A stretch of DNA of 64,000 nt from Porticoccus sp. (GCA_033791605.1 JASJGJ010000012.1:8400-72399); one strand, 5' to 3'; numbered from the stretch's first letter, positions 20,181-30,696 are shown. Program-made: numbers and translations. The notes: generated from the letters alone by a model not told the origin.

Positions 20181-20990
20181 TTAGGGTGACAGCCTGGGTA
20201 GGGGGTAAGGTGCTGTAATACGGGGATCGTTAGCTGCCACCTCACACTTTATGCCCTGTTGCAGATCAGCCCAATGGACCAGTTCCAGTCGACCGTGTTG
20301 ATGTTCCACTAGCGCGGTGCAACTCTCAATCCAGTCGCCATCATTGCAATAAAGAATGCCATCAATTGTACGGATTTCGGGTTGGTGTATATGTCCGCAG
20401 ACAATACCATCTACGCCTCTGCGTAGGGCTTCCCGTGCTGCGGCATTTTCGAAGGTAGCAATGGCCTTGCGAGCATTTTTTACCCGATTTTTAATATAAT
20501 AGGCCAGTGACCAATAAGGCAGCCCTAAACATTTTCGTATGCGGTTGCCCCAGCGGTTTAAACGAATAAGTAGACTGTAGGTGGCGTAGCCAACAATTTT
20601 GGTTAGGCGGTTGCACAGCACCGCATGGTCGAATTCGTCGCCATGAATGAGCAATAGTTTTTTTCCTGCCTGAGTTGTGTGAAGGTATTCTTGATGGATC
20701 TCTATATTCAATACAGAGTCACCAACAATTTCCCGTGCCAGCTCATCATGATTGCCGGGGATGTAAATAACTTTGGTGCCGCTGTTGGCAAGGGAAATAA
20801 TTTTACGCAATACCTCGTGGTGGCTAGGTGGCCAGAAGAAGGAACGTTTCATTGCCCATATGTCCACCAGATCACCCACTAAATAGAGCGTGTCGCAGCT
20901 GCTGTTTTTTAAGAAGTCGAGCAGGAACTCCGCTTTGCAGTCGCGGTCGCCAAGATGAATGTCTGATAGCCAGATCGCTGGATAGTGCAT
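20181..20990 (-). CDS. LpxH-like metallophosphoesterase (UDP-2,3-diacylglucosamine diphosphatase family)
   Basis: Calcineurin-like motifs SDIHLG, GDLVD, GNHD and GH. 269 aa. Confidence 0.75.
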   Translation of the reverse strand: MHYPAIWLSDIHLGDRDCKAEFLLDFLKNSSCDTLYLVGDLVDIWAMKRSFFWPPSHHEVLRKIISLANSGTKVIYIPGNHDELAREIVGDSVLNIEIHQEYLHTTQAGKKLLLIHGDEFDHAVLCNRLTKIVGYATYSLLIRLNRWGNRIRKCLGLPYWSLAYYIKNRVKNARKAIATFENAAAREALRRGVDGIVCGHIHQPEIRTIDGILYCNDGDWIESCTALVEHQHGRLELVHWADLQQGIKCEVAANDPRITAPYPLPRLSP

Positions 20991-21220
20991 GCCTAGGTCC
21001 TCCTTCTAGCCAAGGTAAACGGCATAAATGACAGGCCGGTGGCATTTTTAAGACAATTTGATGGCATATGTTGATGAACGTGAGGCTGCATTGACGGTGA
21101 AAAATCTGGGGTTTTTCTGCAAAAAGCCTGAGTCTCTGGCCATATGTTTTTGCAAGAAGTAAGGTGAAATTGTATTTTTTAAGATAATGTATTCCTGTCG
21201 GCGAAGATGGCACTTAGGTT

Positions 21221-22387
21221 ATGGTTTGGTTCAAAAAGATATTTCCTCCACTCATCATTTTGGCAATAGCCATATTGCTGGTGATGGGTTTGGCTTGGTT
21301 CAAGCCTCAGCCCGAACCCCAGGTTCTGAGCGAGCCTCCAATACTAAAAATTCAAGCTATGGTGGCTGAGCCCAGACGACAACAAATCCTTGTTTCTGCT
21401 CAGGGAACCGTAAGGCCAAAAAGAGAAATTGCTCTAGCCACACAGGTTTCAGGGCAGGTGGTTTCGGTGTCAGACATCTTTGTAGACGGTGGTTTTTTTA
21501 AGCGGGGTGATCTATTGCTACAGCTGGATCCCCGTGATTATGAAATAGAAGTTATCCGTGCAAAATCTCGGGTTGCCGAAGCAGAGCAGTTGTTGGCTAC
21601 GGAGCATGGGCGAGTTTTTCAGGCCAAACGAGAATGGCGTGACTTGGGAAACAAAGCAGGTAATGACTTGTTTCTGCGAGAGCCGCAATTAAAGGCGGCC
21701 AAGGCGGCTGTTAACGCGGCAAAAGCAGACCTTGACCAAGCAAAAATTAACCTTGAACGTACTGGGATAAGAGCGCCTTTTGGTGGGCGAATACGTCAGA
21801 TCCAGGTAAACCTTGGTCAATATTTGTCAGTGGGAATGAATATTGCGCAGATCTTTGCGATAGATTCAGTAGAGATACGGTTGCCGTTAACAGCCTCCCA
21901 GAGCGCACTGCTTGACATACCTCTTACACCAGATCATGACGCTAAACTAGAAGTCTTATTGTCGACTAAAGCAAGTGGTGGTCAACACCTGTGGCAGGGC
22001 AATATTTCGCGCACGGATGCCAGCATTGATCCTTTGAGTCGGGTAATTTACGGCATTGTAGATGTGGAAAAACCGCTTGAAAGTGATCCACCCTTAATGG
22101 TGGGCTCATTTGTTAATGCAGACATATTGGGTCGGGTGTTTGAGGATCTTGTGACCATTCCACGTACGTCCCTTTATGAAAAAGAGAACGTGCTGGTTGT
22201 GGACGCTGATCATCGATTGAAGATTCAGCCGGTGAGTGTGTTGCAATACCTTGGGGAAAACGTCCTCGTTCGTGGCGTTCACTCTGGGGACATTATTTTG
22301 GTGGCTCGGCCGAGCTATGTGGTGAGAGGGATGAAAATAGAGCCTGTGGTTGTCAGTGCCGATGAAATGGCGGCTCAATCGCCATGA
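21221..22387 (+). CDS. RND efflux periplasmic adaptor (HlyD/MFP family)
   Basis: N-terminal TM anchor, coiled-coil hairpin region and beta-barrel domains. Its stop overlaps the RND pump start (ATGA). Confidence 0.85.
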   Translation: MVWFKKIFPPLIILAIAILLVMGLAWFKPQPEPQVLSEPPILKIQAMVAEPRRQQILVSAQGTVRPKREIALATQVSGQVVSVSDIFVDGGFFKRGDLLLQLDPRDYEIEVIRAKSRVAEAEQLLATEHGRVFQAKREWRDLGNKAGNDLFLREPQLKAAKAAVNAAKADLDQAKINLERTGIRAPFGGRIRQIQVNLGQYLSVGMNIAQIFAIDSVEIRLPLTASQSALLDIPLTPDHDAKLEVLLSTKASGGQHLWQGNISRTDASIDPLSRVIYGIVDVEKPLESDPPLMVGSFVNADILGRVFEDLVTIPRTSLYEKENVLVVDADHRLKIQPVSVLQYLGENVLVRGVHSGDIILVARPSYVVRGMKIEPVVVSADEMAAQSP

Positions 22388-25300
22388 AGATTGCCGATAC
22401 GGGGATTATCGCGTGGTTTGTTCATAACCCCATAGCGGCCAACTTGCTGATGATGATGATTTTGGTGGGTGGCCTTACCGGTCTGTCGGGTCTTGATAAG
22501 GAGATGTTTCCACAGATTCCGAGAGATGTAGTGCAGGTGGTGGTCGCTTATCCTGGCGCTGGACCTAAAGAGGTTGAGGAGCAGATAAGTGCTCGGGTGG
22601 AAGAAGAGATTCACGACCTCGATGGCATCGAAGAGCTGCGTTCTTTTTCGTACCAAGGGGGCGGGCGGATAGAGGTTGAGGTGGCCGATGGCTACGATAC
22701 TCAGAAGCTACTCAATGACGTTAAAACACGTGTAGATGCAATCAATACGTTTCCAGTTAATTCCGAGAGGCCTCAAATCAGGGATATCCTTGCGAGGACC
22801 CAAATTCTTAGTATCGCGGTAGCAGGTCCGCTTAATGAATGGGATCTCAAGCGCTTAGCAGAAGAGATTCGAGATGAAGTGACCGAGCTGCCGGGCGTGA
22901 CACTGGCAGAAATTGGTGGAACTCGACCAGAGGAGGTTTCTGTAGAGGTTTCGGAAGTAACGCTACGTCAGTATCAATTACACTTTAATGATGTTGTCGA
23001 AGCGATTCGTCGCTCATCTATCAATCTGCCTGCCGGTGAGATTCGTGAGGAAACAGGCGATATTGTCCTGCAAACACGAGGACAAGCTTATGACCGCCAG
23101 GATTTTGAAAACATTGTTGTGTTGCGAAATACTGATGGTACACAAGTGTACCTCGGTGACATTGCCCATATTAATGATGGCTTCGCTGAGCAGGATGTGG
23201 TGTCCAAGTTCAATGGCAAGCCGGCAGTATTTATCAATCTATTTAATACTCGTAATCCCGACGTGATTACAACTTCCGATGCTACGCGAGAGTATATAGA
23301 GAGGAAAACGCCCACCCTGCAACAGGGTGTTGAGTTGGTGGTATGGCGAGACATGTCGGTTTATCTCAGCAGTCGGATTGATCTGTTATTGCGAAATGCG
23401 TTGGGTGGACTGGTTTTGGTGTTTGTATTGCTGGTGTTTTTTTTGCGCCCGGCTTTGGCATTTTGGGTGGCTGCTGGTATTGGAATTTCCTATTTGGGGG
23501 CGTTATGGCTGATGCCCTATTTGGGTATTAGCGTTAACGTGGTGTCGATGTTTGCCTTTCTGTTGATTCTCGGCATTGTGGTAGATGATGCTATTGTTGT
23601 GGGTGAGAGTATTCATTCTCATTATGAGCGAGGATTAAACGGTCCTGATAGTGCTGCAGTGGGTGCTTTGTCAGTTTCAAAGCCGGTGACCTTTGCGGTC
23701 ATTACCACCATAATTGTATTTATACCTATGCTACTTTTGCCTGGTGATTCCATCAAGCTGATGGTTGTGATGCCAAAGGTGGCTATAATTGCGCTGGCAT
23801 TTTCATTGTTAGAGTCTTTTTTGATTTTGCCGGCACACTTGCGCCACATGAAGCCTGAAAAAGAACCACGATGGCTAGTGGCTCAATGGGTACACCATGC
23901 TAGACAACATACCTCCTCTGGTTTAAAACGTTTTGCAGACAACCAGTACCGACCTTGTCTTGAGCGGGCATTACGGCATAGCGCTGTCACTATTGCTGTA
24001 TTCATTGCACTATTAATTGTTGTATTGGGTGTTTTTTTTACGGGCTGGTTGCGTGTGTCATTCTTTCCCGTTGTTGAGGGAGAATATTTGCGTGCTTCTG
24101 CTGAACTGCGTGAGGGTTCGGGTTTTAATCGCTCTCTGGAAGTTATGGCTCAACTGGAGCAGGCGGTGGTATCTTTAAAAAAGGAGCCGCTGCTAAAGAG
24201 TGAAAGTGGCCAATCTGTACTAAAAAACCACTTTGCTGAGAGCAACGAGAACAATGTTTCTATTGTGCTTGAGCTGTCGAGCAATGAGAGTCGGTCAGTC
24301 TCTTCACGAGATGTTGCAGAGCTATGGCGCAAGCACATTGGCACTGTAGAAAATGTGGAAGAATTTGAGGTTGAATATACCCTAATGGGCAAACCGAAAG
24401 ATATCAATTTGGTGTTGAAAGGTAGGGATATTAAAGCACTGCGAGCGGCTACCGAAGAAATTGAATCAGCACTGTTAAGTTACTCGGGTGTTTATAATGT
24501 TTCAGATTCTATGCGTTCGGCCGGGAAGGAAATAGAAATTAGTTTGACTGAACATGCGGACACACTGGGTATCGGTCTCAGTGATATCGCAAATCAATTG
24601 CGAAGTGCATTTTATGGGGCTGAAGCACAGCGTATTCCCCGTGAGCGTGAAGATGTGAAGGTCATGGTGCGCTACCCCGCAGACGAGCGTGCCACCGTGG
24701 CCTCATTGGAGGAGATGCGGATTCGTACCAGCGATGGTCGTGAATTACCCTTTAATACAGTTGCCGATGCTGAATTTGTCTCTGGTTATACGGAAATTAA
24801 ACGCAGAGATAGAATGCGGATGGTGGAAATTAAAGGTGAGTTGGCTAGGGGGGCAGCAACGGCCAATGAGATTGTTTTTACCTTCAAAAAACAATACTGG
24901 CCAATGTTGAAAGCAAAGTACCCAGGAATCTCGCTACAAATTGATGGTGCTCAAAAGGATCAGTCGGAATTTGAGTCAGGGTTCCTGCAAATGATGGCAT
25001 TGGCGTTATTGGCTATCTATGCGCTCTTAGCCATTGAGTTTCGGTCCTATTGGCAGCCTATTATTATCCTTAGCGCCGTGCCCTTTGGTATAGCGGGGGC
25101 TATTCTTGGGCACATGTTATTTGGCAAAGAGATCAGCATGCCCTCGATGATGGGGGTGTTGGCAGCAGCAGGTGTGGTGGTCAATGATAACTTGGTTTTA
25201 ATTGATCGTATTAACCAGTTAGCAAAGGAAGGGTGGCCCCCTTATAAAGCAGTTATACAGGGAGCACGAGATCGTTTCCGGCCCATTGTATTAACCTCGC

Positions 25301-25515
25301 TCACCACTTTTTTTGGATTAATGCCAATTTTGTTTGAAAAAAGTGCCCAAGCTCAATTTTTGATACCTATGGTAATCTCGTTGGCTTTCGGCGTGTTGCT
25401 GGCCACGTTTGTTACTTTGTTACTGGTGCCGTCTATCTACGTTTCTGGCGAAAGGGTGAGGGTGGCAATCAAACGTTGGCGTACAGGAGAGGTTTCGCCA
25501 GAAGGTATTTCCTGA
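22384..25515 (+). CDS. RND efflux transporter permease (AcrB/AcrD/AcrF family)
   Basis: 1043 aa, 12-TM architecture with two large periplasmic loops. Typical N-terminus FVHNPIAANLLMMMILVGG. Confidence 0.9.
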   Translation: MKIADTGIIAWFVHNPIAANLLMMMILVGGLTGLSGLDKEMFPQIPRDVVQVVVAYPGAGPKEVEEQISARVEEEIHDLDGIEELRSFSYQGGGRIEVEVADGYDTQKLLNDVKTRVDAINTFPVNSERPQIRDILARTQILSIAVAGPLNEWDLKRLAEEIRDEVTELPGVTLAEIGGTRPEEVSVEVSEVTLRQYQLHFNDVVEAIRRSSINLPAGEIREETGDIVLQTRGQAYDRQDFENIVVLRNTDGTQVYLGDIAHINDGFAEQDVVSKFNGKPAVFINLFNTRNPDVITTSDATREYIERKTPTLQQGVELVVWRDMSVYLSSRIDLLLRNALGGLVLVFVLLVFFLRPALAFWVAAGIGISYLGALWLMPYLGISVNVVSMFAFLLILGIVVDDAIVVGESIHSHYERGLNGPDSAAVGALSVSKPVTFAVITTIIVFIPMLLLPGDSIKLMVVMPKVAIIALAFSLLESFLILPAHLRHMKPEKEPRWLVAQWVHHARQHTSSGLKRFADNQYRPCLERALRHSAVTIAVFIALLIVVLGVFFTGWLRVSFFPVVEGEYLRASAELREGSGFNRSLEVMAQLEQAVVSLKKEPLLKSESGQSVLKNHFAESNENNVSIVLELSSNESRSVSSRDVAELWRKHIGTVENVEEFEVEYTLMGKPKDINLVLKGRDIKALRAATEEIESALLSYSGVYNVSDSMRSAGKEIEISLTEHADTLGIGLSDIANQLRSAFYGAEAQRIPREREDVKVMVRYPADERATVASLEEMRIRTSDGRELPFNTVADAEFVSGYTEIKRRDRMRMVEIKGELARGAATANEIVFTFKKQYWPMLKAKYPGISLQIDGAQKDQSEFESGFLQMMALALLAIYALLAIEFRSYWQPIIILSAVPFGIAGAILGHMLFGKEISMPSMMGVLAAAGVVVNDNLVLIDRINQLAKEGWPPYKAVIQGARDRFRPIVLTSLTTFFGLMPILFEKSAQAQFLIPMVISLAFGVLLATFVTLLLVPSIYVSGERVRVAIKRWRTGEVSPEGIS

Positions 25516-25593
25516 GGTTGCAGAATTAACGGGTTTCAGGCTTAGGTCTGAATGGCTATGTTGTATTAACTTTAATGTGTTAGTTGGAAAAAG

Positions 25594-26073
25594 ATGAACC
25601 CAATCATTACAGCAACAGATGTGGCGATGATCATTCAGTTGTCCGTTGCCCCGGTTTTTTTACTCGCAGGTATTGCGGGTTTTCTTAATGTTATGTCCGG
25701 TCGCTTGGGGCGGATTGTTGATCGGGCGCGGGTAGTCGAAGTGAGAGAGTCACGGCTGAATGATCCCAGGTCACGTGCTGTCGCACATCGGGAGCTAGTG
25801 ACATTGTGGCGCCGAATTGATATTACTCACTGGTCAATTGGGTTATGTACGGGATCAGGCTTATTGGTCTGTACGCTTATTGTCAGTCTTTTTGTAGGGG
25901 GTTTCTGGCGCCTGAATATCGGTATCTTAATTGTGGGGTTGTTTGTCTTGGCCCTCGTGTTACTGATTGTTGCCTTGATGTTTTTTTTAAAAGAAGTTCA
26001 GCTAGCGACGCGTACATTGCGTATTGATAGGGAGGTGCCTCAAGAGGATCAGTATTCGGAAATGGAAGACTAG
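25594..26073 (+). CDS. DUF2721 membrane protein
   Basis: 159 aa, 3 TM. N-terminal LSVAPVFLLAGIAGFLNVMSGRLGRIVDRAR is typical of DUF2721. Confidence 0.7.
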   Translation: MNPIITATDVAMIIQLSVAPVFLLAGIAGFLNVMSGRLGRIVDRARVVEVRESRLNDPRSRAVAHRELVTLWRRIDITHWSIGLCTGSGLLVCTLIVSLFVGGFWRLNIGILIVGLFVLALVLLIVALMFFLKEVQLATRTLRIDREVPQEDQYSEMED

Positions 26074-26127
26074 GTTTAACTCGTTTGCCAGCTATGGGCG
26101 ATTGGGTCGGGGGTGATGAAAGTAGGG

Positions 26128-28098
26128 CTAGGGCCGCTGTATACCGTACTTTTTCAGCTTAATGTACAGGGTACTTTTGGCGATATTGAGTTGTTTGGCA
26201 ACTTTAGTCAAATTGCCGCCTTGCTCTCTAATGGCTCGACTAATAACGTCTTTTTCTGCCAGATCCAAAGGGTTTTCTGTCTCACCGTTAGCCATTTCAG
26301 TGCTGGCCATAAGGAAGTCCTGAGGTAGATCTTTTGGTCCTAATTCATCTTTATCAGAAAGAAAGAAGGCTGCAGTAATTAAATTGCTCAGCTCTCGAAT
26401 ATTACCGGGCCATGAGTGTTTTTCTAATAGATCAAGCAAAGGTTTGCTGAGTCGCTTTTCGCTTACCTCATGTTGCTGGGCAAGGTTGTCGAAAATATTT
26501 TTAGCGAGAATGGATACATCACCTTTACGCTCTCGCAGGGGTGGTACGGTCAGAGTCATGGAAGAAATACGGTAGTATAAGTCCATTCTGAAGCGGCCTT
26601 CTGCTACTTCCTGGGTTAAATCTCTGTTGGTGGCAGCAATCAGCCGGAAGTTAACTTTGCGAGGCATTGTTTCGCCCACCCGGCATATTTCAGATTCTTG
26701 TAATACTCGTAAAAACATGGGCTGGAGGTCCAGTGGCATCTCACCAATTTCATCCAAAAATAGTGTGCCACCATTAGCGGCTTCTATTTTGCCTGTCATC
26801 CCGCCACGACGTGCACCGGTAAAAGCACCTTCCACGTGACCAAAAAGTTCGCTGGCCAGTAGGTCGCGGGATAAGCCGCCGCAGTTAAGCGCAACAAATT
26901 CACCGCCTTGCCCCGCACCTTCTTCATGCATGGCTCTTGCAAATAGCTCTTTACCCACACCCGTCTCACCTTGTAATAGGACAGGAATAGGTGCTTTGGC
27001 CAGTCGTTTAGCTTGTTGCACAGCCATGGTGTAGGGTGGGCTTTTGCCAACAAGGCGAGAGAAATCCGTCACTTCAGATTGTGTTGGGGGTTTGTTGACT
27101 GGGTTGTCTGACCTTTTTTGCGGGTGTCGAGATGGCAGGGGTATCACCGCCAAGTAGCCAATCGCTTCGCCCTGATGCATAACAGGTTCGATCCAGCGTT
27201 TCTCAATCTGATCCAACACTGGAGCCGACTCAGCATGATAGTTACCTTCATCGTTGAGGGTCAGTATAGGATTGTAGGGCGTCAGATTGATTTTGATACC
27301 TCGCGCTGCGAGAACTCTATCAGCCTGTGGGTTGGCGCGTATTAGTTTCCCTTCTAGGTCAAACAAGAGGACGCCGTCATTGCACGATGATGCGAAGTTG
27401 TTGATGGTAACGCCGAGAAGGGAGTCTCTTTTCGCAAGCTTCATCTGGGCAAACTGGCCTTCAATCCTGCGGGCACCGGAAAGGGCAAGGGCGAGGCAGT
27501 AATCGTGAAGCGTATTTTCTAGCCCTGAAATGTTCACCGCGCCCAGTAGACGTTTTTCGAATGGGTCGCGTATTACTGCCGCAGAGCAGGTCCAACGACT
27601 GATATTTTCGCAATAGTGTTCAAAGGCATGGACTTGTACTGGGGCGGCAATATTAAGCGCAGTGCCGATGGCATTGGTACCTGCAGCTTGTTCTGCCCAG
27701 TTGGCTCCAGGGGTCAGTCTATAATTGTTTGCCAGTTCAAGAGTGGCCGGATCACCTTCATAATCAAGAATGGCTCCTGTGGGTGAAACCACATGCATGA
27801 TGGTGCCTGATTCTGCCAGTAGCTCCTTTGCCTCACGTAAAATAACATTGGAGGCCGAAAGTAATTCATGGTGCTCCTGTCTGAGATCTTGAAGCTGAGC
27901 GGGACTGAGTTCCAGGCTGCGTTTGGACAGATAAGGGTCAACATGACTTGTCATGCATCGCTGCCAAGAGTCTTTTATCACTGGGCGCACAGTGTCATCC
28001 GTTATATTTCCGCTGGATTGAAGCTTTTCTCTAGCGGAAGCAATACGCGTCGGATGTGAGACGGCAGTTGAACCCTTAAGGGTGGAATCGTTATTCAT
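26128..28098 (-). CDS. acxR: Sigma54-dependent transcriptional activator, AcoR/AcxR type (GAF-AAA+-HTH)
   Basis: N-terminal GAF-like sensor. AAA+ domain with Walker A GETGVGKE and a GAFTGA loop (VEGAFTGARRGG). C-terminal Fis-type HTH. GAAAGGTG SD before ATG 28098; the track ORF extends to 28197. Divergent from acxABC. Confidence 0.85.
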   Translation of the reverse strand: MNNDSTLKGSTAVSHPTRIASAREKLQSSGNITDDTVRPVIKDSWQRCMTSHVDPYLSKRSLELSPAQLQDLRQEHHELLSASNVILREAKELLAESGTIMHVVSPTGAILDYEGDPATLELANNYRLTPGANWAEQAAGTNAIGTALNIAAPVQVHAFEHYCENISRWTCSAAVIRDPFEKRLLGAVNISGLENTLHDYCLALALSGARRIEGQFAQMKLAKRDSLLGVTINNFASSCNDGVLLFDLEGKLIRANPQADRVLAARGIKINLTPYNPILTLNDEGNYHAESAPVLDQIEKRWIEPVMHQGEAIGYLAVIPLPSRHPQKRSDNPVNKPPTQSEVTDFSRLVGKSPPYTMAVQQAKRLAKAPIPVLLQGETGVGKELFARAMHEEGAGQGGEFVALNCGGLSRDLLASELFGHVEGAFTGARRGGMTGKIEAANGGTLFLDEIGEMPLDLQPMFLRVLQESEICRVGETMPRKVNFRLIAATNRDLTQEVAEGRFRMDLYYRISSMTLTVPPLRERKGDVSILAKNIFDNLAQQHEVSEKRLSKPLLDLLEKHSWPGNIRELSNLITAAFFLSDKDELGPKDLPQDFLMASTEMANGETENPLDLAEKDVISRAIREQGGNLTKVAKQLNIAKSTLYIKLKKYGIQRP

Positions 28099-28361
28099 GG
28101 CACCTTTCACATTTAGATAGTACTTAAAACTAAGTATAAAGCAGAACGATATCGCTTGTCCTTTATATAGAAAACGCCCTATTTTAAAGGCACTCAAAGC
28201 TTTTAACTGAATTATATTGGACAGTGTTCATAAGCCGTGCTTTAATTTAGTTCGATTAACGCTCAGACGACGACTGATTATCATACGGTTTTGAGGTGTT
28301 TGGTGGTAGTGTTATTTCGTAAGTTGTTATAACCCAACAATATTAAATGATAGATTCCCAT

Positions 28362-28377
28362 TGGCACGGCTGTTGCA
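28362..28377 (+). promoter_or_regulatory. Sigma54 (-24/-12) promoter of acxABC
   Basis: TGGCAC-ggctg-TTGCA, an exact match to the TGGCAC-N5-TTGC consensus, 112 nt upstream of the acxA start and facing acxA. Confidence 0.85.
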
Positions 28378-28488
28378 ATAGTCAGTACCGAGGGTACTCC
28401 CGTCCCCGGTCGCAGCGCTAAAAACTGTCGATCAGTTAGTTGGTGGCAGGGGGTAGAAGTTAACAACTCATAATTAGAGGATATAAAC

Positions 28489-30633
28489 TTGAATGAATTA
28501 ACTAATCCCGTCGAGGTCCTAGGGATCGATGCTGGCGGCACAATGACTGACACATTCTTTGTGCGTAAAGATGGCACATTTGTTGTCGGTAAAGCTCAGA
28601 GTGATGCGGACGAAGCAAATGCAGTACTGGAATCCAGTAAAGATGCATTGGCTCACTGGGGTCGTGAAGTACACGACGTATACCCAGAAATGGTTACCTG
28701 CGTATTCTCTGGTACAGCCATGCTTAACCGTGTTGTTGGTCGTAAAGGCCTTCGCACTGGCTTGATCGTAAGTAAAGGTTTTGAAGATTTTCACCGTATG
28801 GGTCGTGCGATTCAGTGCTACTTGGGTTATGCGTTTGAAGATCGTCTTCACCTTAACACCCACCGTTATGACGAGTCTTTGGTTCACATTCACGATACAC
28901 GTGGTGTAACTGAGCGTATTGATGCGAAAGGTCAAGTTGTAATTCCTATTCGTCTTCACGAAGCACGCGAAGCGGCTCGTGAGCTGATTGAACAAGGCGT
29001 TCAAGCAATTGCTATCAGCCTGATCAGTTCTTACCTGAATGGCCAGCACGAACGTGCTGTTCGTGATGTTGTTAAAGAAGTAGCAAAAGAAATGGGTGTT
29101 GATCTCCCAGTTTTTGCTTCCGTTGATTACTACCCAGTACGCAAAGAAAGCCACCGTACTAACACAACTATCCTTGAAGCTTATGCGGCAGAGCCTTCGC
29201 GCAAAATTCTTGGCCAGTTGAGCGATCGCATGAAGGCTGAAGGTGCTACTTTCGACTTGCGTGTAATGGCGACACATGGCGGCACAATTGGTTGGAAAGC
29301 AAAAGAACTAGCTCGTTCGCTGGTATCAGGTCCAATCGGTGGTGTAATCGGTGCTAAGTACTTGGGCGAGCAGCTCGGCTACGAAAACATCGCATGTTCC
29401 GACATTGGTGGTACTAGCTTTGATATGGCTTTGATCACTCAAGGCAACTACTCGATCCATAAAGATAGTGATATGGCCCGTTTGGTTCTGTCTTTGCCAA
29501 TGGTTGCCATGGATAGTATCGGTGCTGGTGCAGGTAGTTTTGTGCGTATCGATCCTTACTCTTTGTCTCTGAAATTGGGTCCTGATAGTGCTGGTTACCG
29601 TGTAGGTACTTGCTGGCCAGAAGGTGGTCTGGATACAGTTTCTGTAACTGACTGTCACATCATCCTTGGTTACCTGAACCCAGATAACTTCCTTGGTGGT
29701 ATTCTGGATCTGGACGTGCCTCGTGCTCGTCAGTGCATCCAAGACCAAATCGCTACGCCACTTGGCCTGTCTGTAGAAGACGCGGCTGCTGGTGTAATCG
29801 AACTGCTTGACCTTTCTTTGCGTCAGCATCTTCGTGCGATGATTACTGGTAAGGGTTACAGTCCACGTGACTTCGTGTGCTTCTCCTACGGTGGTGGTGG
29901 TCCAGTTCACGCCTACGGTTACACTAAAGGTTTGGGCTTTAAAGAAACTATCGTTCCTGCTTGGGCGGCTGGTTTCTCTGCATTTGGTTGTGCTACTGCA
30001 GACTTCGAGTATCGCTACGATAAGAGTGTTGACGTTGGTATTAACGACGAATCATCTGATGACGATATCGATGCAGCTTGTAAGAAATTGCAGAAAGCTT
30101 GGGACGAACTCAAAGTTAAAGTACTGGAAGAGTTCGCGATTAACGGATTTGATGAATCAGCGGTTACTCTGAAGCCTGGCTATAGCATGCAGTACATGGG
30201 TCAGCTGAACGATCTGGAAATTGATTCACCTGTAAGCAAAGTTTCTGGTAAAGAAGATTGGCCTGCGCTGATTCAAGCATTTGACGAAACTTACGCCCGT
30301 GTATACGCCGATGCGGCTCGTTCTCCTGAGCTGGGTTTTGGTATTACTGGTGCGATTCTTCGTGGTTCAGTTCAAACTAGTAAACCGGCCATTCCTTCAG
30401 AGCCAGATGCTGGTCCTACTCCTCCAGAAAATGCAGTTCTGGGCAAGCGTAAGTTCTATGATAATCGCGTATGGGTTGAAGCAGATCTGTTCCACATGGA
30501 ATCTTTGCTCCCAGGTAACAACATTGTCGGTCCAGCCGTTATCGAATCTGATGCGACTACCTATGTAGTACCGACTGGTTTCTCAACCTTCTTGGATAAG
30601 CACCGTCTGTTCCATTTGGTTGAAGAAGCCTAA
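28489..30633 (+). CDS. acxA: Acetone carboxylase beta subunit (hydantoinase A/oxoprolinase family)
   Basis: 714 aa with the hydantoinase A N-terminus LGIDAGGTMTDTFFV. TTG start with an AGAGGA SD. First gene of a 714/781/166-aa trio. Confidence 0.85.
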   Translation: MNELTNPVEVLGIDAGGTMTDTFFVRKDGTFVVGKAQSDADEANAVLESSKDALAHWGREVHDVYPEMVTCVFSGTAMLNRVVGRKGLRTGLIVSKGFEDFHRMGRAIQCYLGYAFEDRLHLNTHRYDESLVHIHDTRGVTERIDAKGQVVIPIRLHEAREAARELIEQGVQAIAISLISSYLNGQHERAVRDVVKEVAKEMGVDLPVFASVDYYPVRKESHRTNTTILEAYAAEPSRKILGQLSDRMKAEGATFDLRVMATHGGTIGWKAKELARSLVSGPIGGVIGAKYLGEQLGYENIACSDIGGTSFDMALITQGNYSIHKDSDMARLVLSLPMVAMDSIGAGAGSFVRIDPYSLSLKLGPDSAGYRVGTCWPEGGLDTVSVTDCHIILGYLNPDNFLGGILDLDVPRARQCIQDQIATPLGLSVEDAAAGVIELLDLSLRQHLRAMITGKGYSPRDFVCFSYGGGGPVHAYGYTKGLGFKETIVPAWAAGFSAFGCATADFEYRYDKSVDVGINDESSDDDIDAACKKLQKAWDELKVKVLEEFAINGFDESAVTLKPGYSMQYMGQLNDLEIDSPVSKVSGKEDWPALIQAFDETYARVYADAARSPELGFGITGAILRGSVQTSKPAIPSEPDAGPTPPENAVLGKRKFYDNRVWVEADLFHMESLLPGNNIVGPAVIESDATTYVVPTGFSTFLDKHRLFHLVEEA

Positions 30634-30696
30634 GATCACGCATCTAAAAGATTGCTTACGTCAATTACATAGACGAAAAGATACAGAGGATAACAA

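Noticed and set aside
21038-21075. TGGCAT-containing stretches upstream of the RND adaptor that superficially resemble a sigma54 -24 box.
   Set aside because: No GC dinucleotide at the correct -12 spacing, and no enhancer-binding protein is associated with the locus.
26128-28197. Longer N-terminal extensions offered by the ORF track for acxR (to 28197). The same applies to tktA (39906), serA (48971), lrgB (15071), MaoC (52159), zapA (61954) and radC (1452).
   Set aside because: Internal ATG starts have good Shine-Dalgarno sequences and give lengths and N-termini that match the families. The extensions have hydrophobic or odd composition, or overlap neighbours.
28519-29910. Two long antisense ORFs (252 aa and 194 aa) opposite acxA. 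Shorter ones lie opposite acxB (30874-31215, 31834-32043).
   Set aside because: They are codon-aligned with the sense frame. Their products are low-complexity and rich in T/N/V/F/C with no start context. They are explained by avoidance of TTA/CTA/TCA codons in a highly biased gene.
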